DNA of 63,362 bases, the filler included, from Reclinomonas americana ATCC 50394 (taxonomy: Eukaryota): assembly GCA_048213135.1 (NCBI GenBank). It is 7 parts of 3 records of this genome, joined end to end, with 100 filler letters (N's around TTAATTAATTAA, not from the genome) between each part and the next. Parts side by side here need not be neighbours in the genome. Positions count along the whole stretch, not along the records: positions 1 to 18,252 come from PS015360.1; positions 18,353 to 41,693 come from PS015360.1; 5 more parts are not named here. One strand, 5' to 3'. Under the pieces are notes generated by a model. The model was not told the origin of the DNA. It searched no databases and saw nothing but the letters and a program-made list of their open reading frames with translations. Below, piece by piece: positions 13,057-24,989 of the stretch; the first letter of the stretch is position 1, and each line of letters starts with the position of its first letter. A program made the translations under genes and the position numbers.

Positions 13057-16000
13057 GCCTTACGCGATCGCTTCGCACACAGATCACTACAGGAGCGCTC
13101 CGAAGTCGTGCGTCAGCTGTACTCGGATCCGCGGCAGACGGCCATCTCCTCCAAGAAGCCTTGTGCGTCCGTCTCTCTCTCTCTCTCTCACTTTGCCGCT
13201 CCTTGTGCTCACCATCTTGACAGCGCGCGAATGCTTCTGCGGCGTTGGCAATGTGCTGTGGTTCCTCGTCATTGGCTGGTGGCTGGCGCTGCTGCATGCG
13301 GTCTCGGCACTCCTGCTGCTGCTGACGGTGGTCGGTTACCCGTATGCGCTTCTCATGATGCGCTACACGTGGTACTTGTTGTGGCCGTTTGGAACGCGTC
13401 TGGAGCGTGAGGTGGAGGGCTTTATTGTGCAGAATCCTGCACCCCGGGACTCGCGTAATTCAATCCAGCTGCAGGTGCTGCTGCGTGTCAATCCAACACT
13501 GCGTGTTTTTTCCCGTCTGACCAACAAATTGTCGCAGAATCCGGCGCTCGACGACGATTTGATGGCCGAGCATGAGCCACTGAATAACGGCCCAACCAGC
13601 TACTCCATGTCGATCCAGAGTGCGCACCCGTCGAGCTGGCGCAAGTCCAAGGTCGGCACCATTGTTTACTTTGTGCTCATTTGTTGCGTGCCATTTTTCT
13701 CCTGGTTGAGTGTTTCGTCGTGCTGCTAATCGCACTCTACACCACAGACCCCATCCTTGTTGTGGCGCACGGCCTGGCCGCTGGCCTCTGCTGGTTCTTC
13801 TTCGTGTACATTCCCATGAGCAAGATGCACGCCACGATGATCCGGCTGATGACAGTGGATCCGCTGAATGTCTACATGTCGCACCCGATGGAATGGGATT
13901 CGCCGCAGAGCCGCGCTCGTCAAGTCGAAGGCTGCGTCTTCAACGCCCTCAACCTGTACTACTACAAGTACGCGGTGTACGGCATGAACATTATCCTCGT
14001 CAGTTGCGTGTGTCATCATCAGCTTACAGGCGCTTGTCGCGTGCACTCATCTGTTCACCGTTCTTGCCAGACATGCTGGTGTTTGTGGTGGCGGCACTTG
14101 TGTGTGGCTTCCTCACACCGTCGCACTGGCGAGAGGAGTACTCGTCGATACTATTCGCAATCGACATGCTGGCCACGATTCCACTCGGTTCGTGTTTGCA
14201 CACCATTCGGTCGTGCTCGCCCTCCCTGCTGTTGCTCACTGCTCTCTTCCCCCGTAGCGTACTACATTGGCAAGGCCATCTCCAGGTCCGTTGCAGGTTC
14301 ACCCGCGTTCTTCATTATTGCAGCCATCCTCATCTCGTCACACACAGTATCTCGGCACAAACGTCCTTTGTCGTCGGTGCCTTCCTCAATGCGATTTTCG
14401 GCACCATCATCGAGCTGGCGCTCTACTTTTTCATGCTCCAGGTGTGTACCTGCATGCACTATGAGATACTGCGTCATGCGGTGTGCTCACGCGCGTGTCT
14501 TCTCCTGTCGCAGGGTGGACTCGTCAACATTACGCAAAAGGCAGTTGTGGGCTCCCTCCTCTCCGTGCTCCTCTTCTTCCCCGGCCTGGCCATGGTGCGC
14601 TTGTGTGTGTCCTTTATCTCACTCTAATACCAAAGTGCTGATCGTCTCTTCCCAGACGCTTGGTGGCATTGCAAATCGTGAGCAGCGCTTCAACCGTCGC
14701 GCAGCTGGTGTCTCCGGCACTCTGCTGCTGCTTGCCGTGCTCGGCGCCTTTATGCCGACGGCATTCATGATTCTGTACGGACATTCGTACGTGAGTTGCG
14801 ACATTTGCGCACAGTTCCCGGACCTGTTGAATAGTACGCTGTCGTGCTCGAGTTGCCTGATTGGCGAGGTATGTACATCCGCCAGCTGCCGCCCGCAAGT
14901 CAGTGGTTTACTGATGCTGATGCTGCTGCTGCTGCGCAGCGCAACCTCGACGGCGATCGCATCTACATCGATGAGGCACGGTGTGTAAGATGTGGAAAGA
15001 TTTGCTTGGTGTTGCTGTGGATCTCACTGGTAGTCTGCGCAGGCCGTTCATGTACTTTTGTGCCATCATGCTGCCGGTCACCTACATTGTCGGTCTCATC
15101 TTCACGCTCAAGACGCACAACTATCTGTTCCAGCGTGCCCACGAGGGTGACGATGCTCCTGGTGCGTGCTTGCTGTCTGTCGCACTCGTCACACTGCTTT
15201 TGGCTCACTCGCCAGTGCAGTGATGGAGGAGGGTCACGGAAATGCCGAGTGGGGCCGGTGGACGTCGGTTATCATCCTGTTGGTGGCCACTGTGGTGTAC
15301 AGGTGCGCTTATCTCGTGACTGCCATGTTTGTTTCTTTTTTTTTGTGACCTGTGCGTGCCAGCTTGGTCGCCGAGGCCACCAGTCACGCCATGGAGCCTG
15401 CACTCAATGCCATGGGAATCCCGCCGGTGAGTGGAGGGAGGCTCCAAGTGGTGCGCCACTCCCATTGCTATTCGCTGAATATCAATCCACCCTCCCTCTC
15501 CCCCCAAAAGGAATTCGCGGGTCTCACGCTGATTGCGCTCGTGCCCAACGTGGCCGAGGTCGTCAACTCATGTCAGTTCGCCATTCAAAATAACATCACT
15601 CTCAGTCTGGAAGTCGGCAACACCGCCGCCGTGCAGGTGGCTCTCATCCAGATGCCTGCCCTGGTGCTCTTCTCGTATATTTTGCACGGAGAGTTGCGTG
15701 ACACGCGCAGACGCACTCTCGTACACACATAAGAATGAGTACTCACCGCCGGCAATGTGCGACAGTGATGCCAACAAGGGCTTCGTGTTGATTTTCCACC
15801 GACACGATCTGGTAGCCGTCATCGGCGCCGTCACCGTGGCCAACTACGTGTACGTCGACGGTCGTTCCAACTACTTTACAGGCGCCGCGCTTGTTATTTC
15901 GTACATTATCGTGGTCGCCAGGTGCGTGAATGGAGAGCTGCCTGCATCCTTCCCCCATCTTAAGCCCGCACTCACCGCTTATTCTGTGTGCATGCAGCTA

Positions 16001-16093
16001 CTATTTCATTCCTCCGTGAGTCGCCCTCATTCTTCCCATCGTTGCGTGTGTGTTGCTCACTGAAGTTTGGTGTCGTGCAGGGGCATTTCGTGA
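13057..16093 (+). CDS. Vnx1/CAX-type cation:H+ exchanger with YccF-like domains (5' end in gap)
   Basis: GNVLWFLVIGWWLALLH...GYPYA...YLLWPFG (YccF-like), GAFLNAIFGTIIELAL (alpha-1), FAGLTLIALVPNVAEVVNSCQFAIQNNITLSLEVGNTAAVQVALIQMP (alpha-2), YVDGRSNYFTG. Confidence 0.93.
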
Positions 16094-16174
16094 GCGACTG
16101 CGACTCTTTATCTTTGACTAGTGTCTCAGCACCGCCATAAATCATGTTTCTACTTCGTCTTTATAATCAACGAC

Positions 16175-17384
16175 TCATGAGGCGACCGTGTCAGCGCACT
16201 CTACTCCACGAAACAGACATGCATCGCGGCAAATGTCCAGCAGCGACTTGCGCGGCTGCCACCCAATGAGCGCCTTGGCACGTGAGGCATCGGCCACCAA
16301 TGTGGGGCTGCGAGGACGGAGCAGTGAGCGACAATGCAAACAGCAAAGACTGACAGACAAAATAACAACGCAACACATCGCCAGGTCGTCGCTCATCCGG
16401 CACCCACTCAACAGCCGCCCCGAAACAGCGCGACAGCACCTCCAGCACCTGCTTCACCGACGCACCCTCGCGTGTGCCAAGATTTAGAGTGGTGACCGCC
16501 TCTGTCAGGCTGCCGGCAACCAGCGCCTCAATCGCCAGTGCATGCGCCTCCGCAATGTCAGCCACATGAATGTAGTCGCGCACACACGTTCCGTCGGCCG
16601 TCGGGTAATCCTGCTCGCAGTCAATCAGCAACACGCTTCCTTCCTCACCGCCGTGTATCTGTAAACACACCGTGCCAAACACTCGCACTGGCTTGCCCTG
16701 TCGTGCCAGATCAATGGCTACGGGAATGAGGTGTGTCTCCACTGCACGACGCTCCCCGAGCCACTCCTCCCGCGCCCGTTTCTCATCCACCAGTGCTCCC
16801 GCCGCATTGAAATACCGAAACACCACCGCACGCAGCGCCGGCCACTCACGACTCGCCCACTGAATGACTAAGACACACCCCACTACACATCAGCAGCAGC
16901 AGGGGTAAGAAGTGCGCAGCAGTCCGCTCACTGACTGACCCGTCTCCGCCATGAGCTTTGTGTGTCCGTAGACACTGCCCGGGGCCTTTGGTGCATCCTC
17001 CCGCAACGCACTGGTGTCCTCCGCCAGCCCACTGCTCACTCCATACACCGCCGCCGTCGACGAGAACAACAGCAGCGGCACCTCGGCCGCACGCATCGCC
17101 CTCAACAAGCGACTGACTACCTCCGTGTTGTTTGTAAAGTACTCCAGTGGAAGCTCCTCACTCTCGCCCACTGCAATCGAGGCCGCGAGGTGCGCCACAC
17201 ACTCCACGCGATGCTCACGCAGCAGTGCAGCGAGGTCACTCTCGCTGATTGAGCGCAGGTCGCAGTGCACCATGGCGCCTTCGACGCAGTCGAGTGTGAC
17301 AACTGAGTGCGCGTGCTGTTCGTGCAGCACGCGTGCGCATGCGGAGCCAATGAACCCCGCAGCGCCAGTGATCAGCACGCGCAT
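16175..17384 (-). CDS. galE: UDP-glucose 4-epimerase
   Basis: MRVLITGAAGFIGS, HLAASIAVGES, FSSTAAVYG, YGHTKLMAE (YxxxK), FRYFNAAGA, DYPTADGTCVRDYIHVADIAEAH, RRPGDVPTLVAD. Confidence 0.95.
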
Positions 17385-17485
17385 GTGTGTGAGTGTATAG
17401 AGAGTGAGGCGATGTCCCACGCGCAAGGACGGACGGAGCGACGTCACTCCACGCTCTTCTCTCCGTCCGTGTCGCTGTTGATGGG

Positions 17486-18252
17486 ATGGGGTGCGCAGGG
17501 TCCTCACTTGCGCGAAAGGAAGCGCAGCTAAAGCGTGCGCGTGAACGACTCTCTGACATGACTCGCAAGGAGTGCTCCACTGTTCATCAGATGCTGGTGT
17601 GTGTGTGTGTGTCTCTCTCTCTATGTGTGTGCGTGTGTCTGTGTGACATGCGCGACTCACACGTGTGCGCGCAGGAGCTGGTGGGCGATGCACAGCGGAA
17701 TCCATTTGCAAAGGAGATAGGTGCGACACACATACACGCACACACACTCTCTCGTCTCCGACATGCACAACTCACTCACCGTGACACTCTCTTGCGTGCA
17801 TGCGTGCATTGTCATCATTGTCATCATCATCATCTTCATTGCAGCCAAGATTGATGAAACCCTCATGTTCCAAAACACGATGCTTCGCTTCTGGTATCCG
17901 GTGGGCTGGAACGTGGTTCAAACGGCGCCTGGTGTGCCTCTGGTCACCCTGGAGCAGGATGTGCTTGGCATCAAGCTCATCTTTAGTGTGGAGCAGCTGG
18001 ACGAGTGCATGTCATCTGCTGCACTGGCCGAGGTCAGTGGGCCCTCCTTTCCTCCCTCCTGCGGAGAGCGGTGATTCGTGCAGTGCAGTGTCTCACGCGA
18101 TGCTGTGCGTAGAGTGTGAATGAGCAGATCTTGTCGCAAGTGCTGGGCACTCGCATCGTGTCGCAGGAGGTGTGGCGATTGACGCGTGATTTTCCCATTT
18201 TGTTTGTTGACTGTTTTGGTGTGCGTGGCAGGCGGTGCAACTCGGTGGCGAT
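17486..18252 (+). CDS. Hypothetical protein with MGC N-terminal acylation motif and possible PsbP/Mog1-like fold (3' end in gap)
   Basis: MGCAGSS... start. Spliced exons include FQNTMLRFWYPVGWNVV...LIFSVEQL. Fold assignment is a pattern-based guess. Confidence 0.45.
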
Positions 18253-18296
18253 NNNNNNNNNNNNNNNNNNNNNNNNNNNNNNNNNNNNNNNNNNNN

Positions 18297-18308
18297 TTAA
18301 TTAATTAA
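18297..18308. other. Artificial six-frame-stop contig spacer (also 41738, 48176, 52504, 57104, 62304)
   Basis: TTAATTAATTAA centred in N runs of about equal length, six times. Confidence 0.95.
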
Positions 18309-18352
18309 NNNNNNNNNNNNNNNNNNNNNNNNNNNNNNNNNNNNNNNNNNNN

Positions 18353-18925
18353 GCGAATGAGCGGTCCTGCACGTGCCATGAGAGGGGCGCAATAGCAAAG
18401 GAGGCAAAACAACCATCCCCCCTCCTCAGCACGAACCAAACTCGGCCTCGCTGATCGCTCCACTGTGATCGCGGTCGAGTGCGTCAAACTCTGGCGTGGC
18501 ATCGCGAATGAGCAACATGCGAGAAGAGGAAGACAGTGTGTCACGTGATGCGCAACTGGCTCGCAGCACGGTCGCGTTGGGCATCTGACTGGCCGGCACC
18601 TTCAGCGACGAGCGCATAAAGTCGGTCACCAACTACACTCACAAAGAACATAAAACACACCACAGTCAATGAATCAATCATCATCACTCGTCGGGAAAAC
18701 ACACAATGAGAGAGAGTAACTGCAGCAAACTCGTCATAGTCGAGCGCCTTGTTCAAGTCGCGGTCGGCGTCTTGGAAGAAGGCATGGACGGTCTTGCGGA
18801 AGGTGTTCTCACTGTTTGAGTGTGAGTGAATGTGAGTGAGGATGCAAGACAAAGGTTGATGTTGTTGTCTTTCTCAACTCGCGCAGCACGTCGGCAATCT
18901 CTTGCGGGAGTTTACGGTTTGCCAT
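18353..18925 (-). CDS. Small two-EF-hand protein (3' end in gap)
   Basis: EF loops DADRDLNKALDYDEF and FDALDRDHSGAISEAEF. Confidence 0.8.
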
Positions 18926-19021
18926 GATGAATGGTGTGGACGAGTGAGTAGAGCTACGCACAATGGCCGGCCTTGACAATTGATGTGGGACATAACATTG
19001 TGACATTCGTTCATTCGCTCG

Positions 19022-21323
19022 TCACCGCGTTGGAGACACGGAGGCATGACTGTAGTACTCGGATCGGTTGGTAATCCACTGCGTGAGGTCGGTGAGCAGC
19101 GCCGCGCACTCCACAGCCTGTCATGCGGTGAGTGAGACAACTCTTGACGTCGCACCGGCCAAACAAATAAGTTACCATGCCCAGTTCGGTGGCAAACTCG
19201 AGTTTAACGGTGCCTTGTGGTGTGCCGGCGACAGGTGGGGCGCGGCACTCGATCTGCAAGCGGGTAGATTCCGGGGCCGCCCACGACACCAGGTTGCTCA
19301 TTTCGATTTCCAGTCGCTCGACGTGAATGCATGGTGTGCGCAAGGCATCCCGCGGGTCGGGTTCCAGCCGAATGGTGAGCAGATTCTGATGGAGAGACAT
19401 CGCAGACGACGGTTAAATACGTAAGGGGAGCTGGCAGTCACCACTGGCAGCACAAACCAGAGCACGCATGGAAATGGCCAGCACAATGTCTTCCTCGACG
19501 CAGAAACTCAGATTGCTGGGCACACATGCTTCACGTTACACACCGCAAGCACAGCACAAAGCACCACCATCATCTCACCGCTGCGGAGGAGGAGGAGGAG
19601 GGGACAGAGGCAGTGAGTGGACAGTAGAGTGTGGCGGTGACGACAATCGGAGGATCTCACCGCAAAGAAAAAATGCGATCCGTATGCGTCGCACTGTTGG
19701 AACTCGAGAATGATCTGCACCAGTCACGCATCACAATCAACTCGAAGGCAACATGGAAGTCAATGATCTCAATAAGACACCTCTCGTTGCAATGAGCGCG
19801 TGAACTGCGTGACGTGTCTCTCCAGTTCCAGTTGCAGAATCGAACGGGTGCACGAGTCACCGTAGATCGACTGTGCGAGGCAAAGTGCGCGGTGTCAGTC
19901 TTCCACAGCCGCTCACACGTCTTGCTTCAATGGCTACGTGCCTTGGAGTGAGCCTCCTCACCACCCTCCGACAGACCCTACAACACAATCAAGTTATTGG
20001 TTGAGACATCAAACAATTCTTTGTCGCATAGACGTACCTCACTCACACCGCGCGCCGCAGCAGCGTCCTGCAACCATTCACACTGAGCACAAGCTGCGCA
20101 GCACCATATACAAGCAAGTGCCGACATACCAATGCCGCCTTCACTCGTCTCCTTTCACGTGCAATCTGTGCCTCGCTGGCATCCACATCGTCGACAATGG
20201 TCACCGTGCGTGCCGATCTGTGCAGCAATAAAGAAGGTGAACACATGCAGCGCTCGCGCATGCGTGACACGACAAGGCTGCCATGCATACCGAGGCTGCC
20301 GTCACAAAGCAGCAGGGGAGTGAGAGCTAAAAAAACGGCACACTTTGCCAATGCAACACACACCGAAGGGCCCCAGGGTCCGGCCATAATCAGCGACGCC
20401 GCTGTCGGTCTGGAGAGCTGTGCAGGCATGCGCTGATTGTCAGGCACTGTTGCCATGGAGTGCATACAGCAGTACTCACTTCCTCAGCCAGCTGCCTCAT
20501 CACTGGACTCATCGGCATCTCCACCTCCATGTCGAGCAGGCGGTCAGGCAGTGCTGCCAGAATCGGGATCTGTGTGCGTGTGGAGATAGTGAGAGGCAGA
20601 ACATAGATGGCGAGGCAGCCTCAACGCAACGATGCTGCGCTGCTCGCCTCGGCGCTACACAGCGGATGCGTGTAAGTATTAACTCACGAAACAAGGAGGA
20701 GAACGACACGAACAACGACTTACTGCAAGCGAACGCGGAGACAGTCTGGCGACCTGTTGCGAGTGATACAACGTGAGCAACGCTGCTGCGTGGCAACACA
20801 GTGTACCATCTCTCTCTGTCGCCCACACACCATATCCTCGAATCGATCCTCGGCGTCGGTTCGCGAGGATCGCGGAGACGGTGGCCCGCGCGCGGCAGCA
20901 GCCAAATCGCGCGACGACCCACGGTGACTCGGCCGCTGTCGCCACACCTCCAGCTCATGTCGCAATTCATCCACAAACTGCGGACCCCAGCCACCGTCTT
21001 GTCGAATCTGCGACATGATGATGAGCGGAGGGGTCTACCCTTCTCTCGCCATCGACGCACACACACCTTGCGCAGCAGTAGATCACGCAGTGGTTCAGCC
21101 AGGCGCTTGATCTGCTTGGTCAGCAGTCGCCAGTGAGCCTCCCAACGCACTGTGGCGGCAGTATCCGCAGACAATGGGGGCCTCCGAAGCGGGTGGAACG
21201 ACGGCAACAACTCCATGAGAACGTGACGAGCAGATCGACGGACAGCTTTCCACAGGCCCGGATCCATCATGGCACTCTCCACCTCACTGCGCGACACGGT
21301 ACAACAGTGTCAGTACGCACACA

Positions 21324-21377
<54 letters not shown>

Positions 21378-23793
21378 GAGGTGACACTCTCACGAGTGCG
21401 ACGCGCACCCCAGTGTGTCCAACTGAGCAGTCGGCAACAGTCGGAAGAACAGTGGCAGTGTTTGGCAGGTGACAATGAGGAGAATCATGTCGTTGTTCAC
21501 GATATGTGAGTCCTGTAACAAGCACACAGGAGGTAAGACGCAGGATTATCATGGACTCGAAGCATGTCGTGCACTCACCAGATAGAGTCCACTGACCCAG
21601 TCGCGTACAAGCTGCGAGAAGAGAATGTAGACTCCCGGGTCGTCAAGAGACACGTAGTGTCGTGCCAGTGACTCGGGCTGACCGCCGACCATGTCCAACA
21701 TGTCGCACTGCCGGCAGACCACTTCTTGCATGTGTCGCCGTGCCGATAACAGCGACATCACTGTCTCCTTATTCTGTTGGTCCGCTGCAGCGTTCTGCAG
21801 CATCCACTGATAGTACCAGTCGAGTCCATACACTGGGAGCGGAGGCGAAGAGGGCAGAGGTGGTCGTGGCGGCGGTGATGCGTCACGACGGCGCCCTCGA
21901 GGCGACATTGGCGGAGGAGATGGTGCTGCTCGAACCGCCGGTCGCCATGCGCTCTGCGAGTGGCACGAGTGAGATTCTCCATTCGTGAGTCAGTGAGTGA
22001 GCGAGCGCGAGAAGCCGACCATGGTGACGGGCACCAGCGCCGCCTCGGTGTGTCGAAGTAAGCGACTCAGCAGCACCTCTTGTGCGCCGAACCACTCGCG
22101 CTCCCACACATACTCGGTGAAGACGTCGGACGATGTCAGCGGTACGGGATCAGGTCGCTCGGAGAACTCGGCCACCATCAGATCGCCGTTGGGGATGGCC
22201 TCCAGCTCATTGTGGCACACGGCAGCCAGATACACACAGTTGGCGCTTGCCGCCTGCACAAATTTTCTGTGATCCAACATGCTCTCTGTGGGCAGTGGAC
22301 TTGGTGAGGGGGTTTCGGCGACACGCAAAGAGAGAACATTGACACACAACCATACCAGGACTGATTGTCTCCTGTTGCGCCAACAGACGCTGCGGTCGGG
22401 GAAAAGGTGAGTGAGTGGAGGGTGGTGCCTTCAACGCAGTGTTGCTCGTGACTTGCCTCTTGCACTTTGCGGAGCTTCAGCCAGCGGAAGGAGAGCCACA
22501 CAGTCCACGCAAGAGCATCGACAGCTGCGGCATTGTTTGTTCTGACGGTGCTGCCTGCCACGGCTGTCGCTGTAGCAGCTGCTGCAGCATTCGCCGAAGT
22601 TCGGGAGGATTCTGGCGGAGGAGGGGCAGCAGCAGCCGAAGTGTCACCGGCCATCGATCGCTGTGCAGACGGAAAAGTGAGGAGACGCAGACGCGCGCGC
22701 GCGCATACACACACAAAAAGAGGTGCCCTCGCACCAGCTGCTGCAAGCGTGCGGTGAGCGAGGTATTCGCCTGTGCCGCCTGCTGCATGTCCTCCTGCAA
22801 CTTTCCCGGCAGTGACAGGCGAGCCACGTTTCGCCGGTGCTCCAACACCAAATCATTGACCATGGTGAGCAGGCGGTTGCGGTTCACCGGCAATACCTCT
22901 CGCCACCACGACGAGCGCTCCAGCAGCGGTTGCACCAAGTTCAGCACATCCTCCAAGATCTCGCACACCTCCTGCAACATCGGAAACATGAACGACTGCC
23001 GCAACATACGCTCGTACCGCGGCGCTGGGATGATGCTGCACACATAAATGAAGGTGAGCAGACGCCCAGTGCGCGTGACAAGTGGGGCCACTGGTCGTGC
23101 ACCGTTGTTTCATGAACAGTCGCCGTCGACTGTCGAGAACCGGGACCTGCATCTCGACCAGTCGCTCAGCGGCCGACTCCTCTCGCTCCGCCTCCGTTGC
23201 CGCCCGCCGGTCACTGTCGTCGCTCTCTGCCGGACCCGAGTCGCTCCCTTCCGCAGCAGTAGAGGAGGACGAAGACGAAGATGAGGAGGAGGATGGAGAG
23301 ACAATCCCCAGCTCTCTCCCGATGCGCTCCTGCTTGTGCGCCAGCTTGCGCATCAGCTCCAACACGGCGCGCACCACTGGCCATTTGGGTGGCCGCTTCG
23401 CGCGCGGAGCCTCCTGCTCATCCAGCGCAGTGATCCGCCTCCGCGATCGCAACGCGTGCATGTACACATCCGAGTAGTTCACACTCAAGTAGATGCCATA
23501 CAACGACCACTGCTCCGGCCGCATGCCAAAGTACCCCTACATTCTCGACGCATGAGTTCAACAGACACACACATACTTGGGGGAAGAGAGAGACCTGTAC
23601 AATGCTCTGTGCCAACTCCGCCACCGTTGTCCGTGCGTCGATGCTGTTCCGCGCAACTCAGCACTCACCGAGGCAATCACAGAGAGAGAGAGAGAGAAGA
23701 GAGAAGACGCAACGTGATCGCATGATCGCTGCCATCCGGAAGCCTCACATAGACCTCTTGCCCGGATTTCGTGTGCGCTGCGAGGTGGTTCAT
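19022..23793 (-). CDS. FERM-like protein paralog B. Start codon uncertain.
   Basis: VYVRLPDGSDHAITIDARTTVAELAQSI...WSLYGIYL (F1-like), IILEFQQCDAYGSHFFFA, NLVSWAAPESTRLQIE...LEFATELGM-AVECAALLTD (PH-like). Confidence 0.65.
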
Positions 23794-24271
23794 CGGCGGC
23801 AGATATCCGTGTGTCCTGCGCGCAAAAAAGTGTGACCTAAAGGAGGCAGACGCAGGCAAGTCTTGCTTCTAATTCTCTCTCACATGCGCTGTGCGTTTCT
23901 TCACTGCGCACGAGATCGAGAGAGCAATTATAAAAGGGGAATTCAAAGGTGACTTTTTTGAATTCGAAGAAGACGTTTTGTGCCGTACGCGTGGTCATTG
24001 AGTTTATATTGTTGGTAATTGAAATGTGGTGAATGTGCTCTGCTTTGCTTGCAATGCACAACAATCCCAATTCAAATGACGTCGTGCGTCCTGTCGCGGA
24101 AATTGCAACTCAGGAATGCGCACCGCTTGTGCATCCATCCCTTTCAAAAAGCGCATAATAGAGCACATTACACACACAGAGAAGCAAAGCGTGCGCCTTG
24201 CTTTTCGATCCTCGCAACTTCGAGCTGGACAATGGACTGCTCGGTGACGTGGCAAACACCGAACCGTTTTC

Positions 24272-24419
24272 ATGTCTCGTCCAGCGCGCAACATCAACTG
24301 GCAACGCATTCGCGAGGCTTTGCCTTGTGGGAACAGTGAGGCAGAGAAACGCGAACGCGCGCGTCTTTTCCAGTTGTTTGATCCCAATGGGAATGGATTG
24401 TTGTCACTGGCCGAAGTTG
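24272..24419 (+). CDS. Flagellar calcium-binding protein (calflagin/FCaBP)-like EF-hand protein, first exon only
   Basis: INWQRIREALPCGNSEAEKRERARLFQLFDPNGNGLLSLAEV resembles the FCaBP W.RIR.A.P...R..LF..FD.NG.G.L...EV pattern. The GTGAGT donor is followed by microsatellite and a gap. Confidence 0.7.
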
Positions 24420-24553
24420 GTGAGTGGGAGAGAGAGGAAGAGGGAGAGAGGGAGAGGGAGGAAGAGGGAGGGAGAGGGAGGGAGAGGAGGGAGAGAAAGA
24501 GGGAGAAGGGGAAGGAAAGCGAGAGAAAGTTCGTGACTGGTGAGGTGTTTTGT

Positions 24554-24621
<68 letters not shown>

Positions 24622-24989
24622 ACACACACACACACGNNNNNNNNNNNNNNNNNNNNNNNNNNNNNNNNNNNNNNNNNNNNNNNNNNNNNNNNNNNNNNNN
24701 NNNNNNNNNNNNNNNNNNNNNNNNNNNNNNNNNNNNNNNNNNNNNNNNNNNNNNNNNNNNNNNNNNNNNNNNNNNNNNNNNNNNNNNNNNNNNNNNNNNN
24801 NNNNNNNNNNNNNNNNNNNNNNNNNNNNNNNNNNNNNNNNNNNNNNNNNNNNNNNNNNNNNNNNNNNNNNNNNNNNNNNNNNNNNNNNNNNNNNNNNNNN
24901 NNNTGTGTGTGTGTGTACACGTGCAAGTGTGCAAAGCGATGAGACGAGTGAAGAGGAGGAGGCAGAAGGGGGGTGAAGACGTGCGCAAC

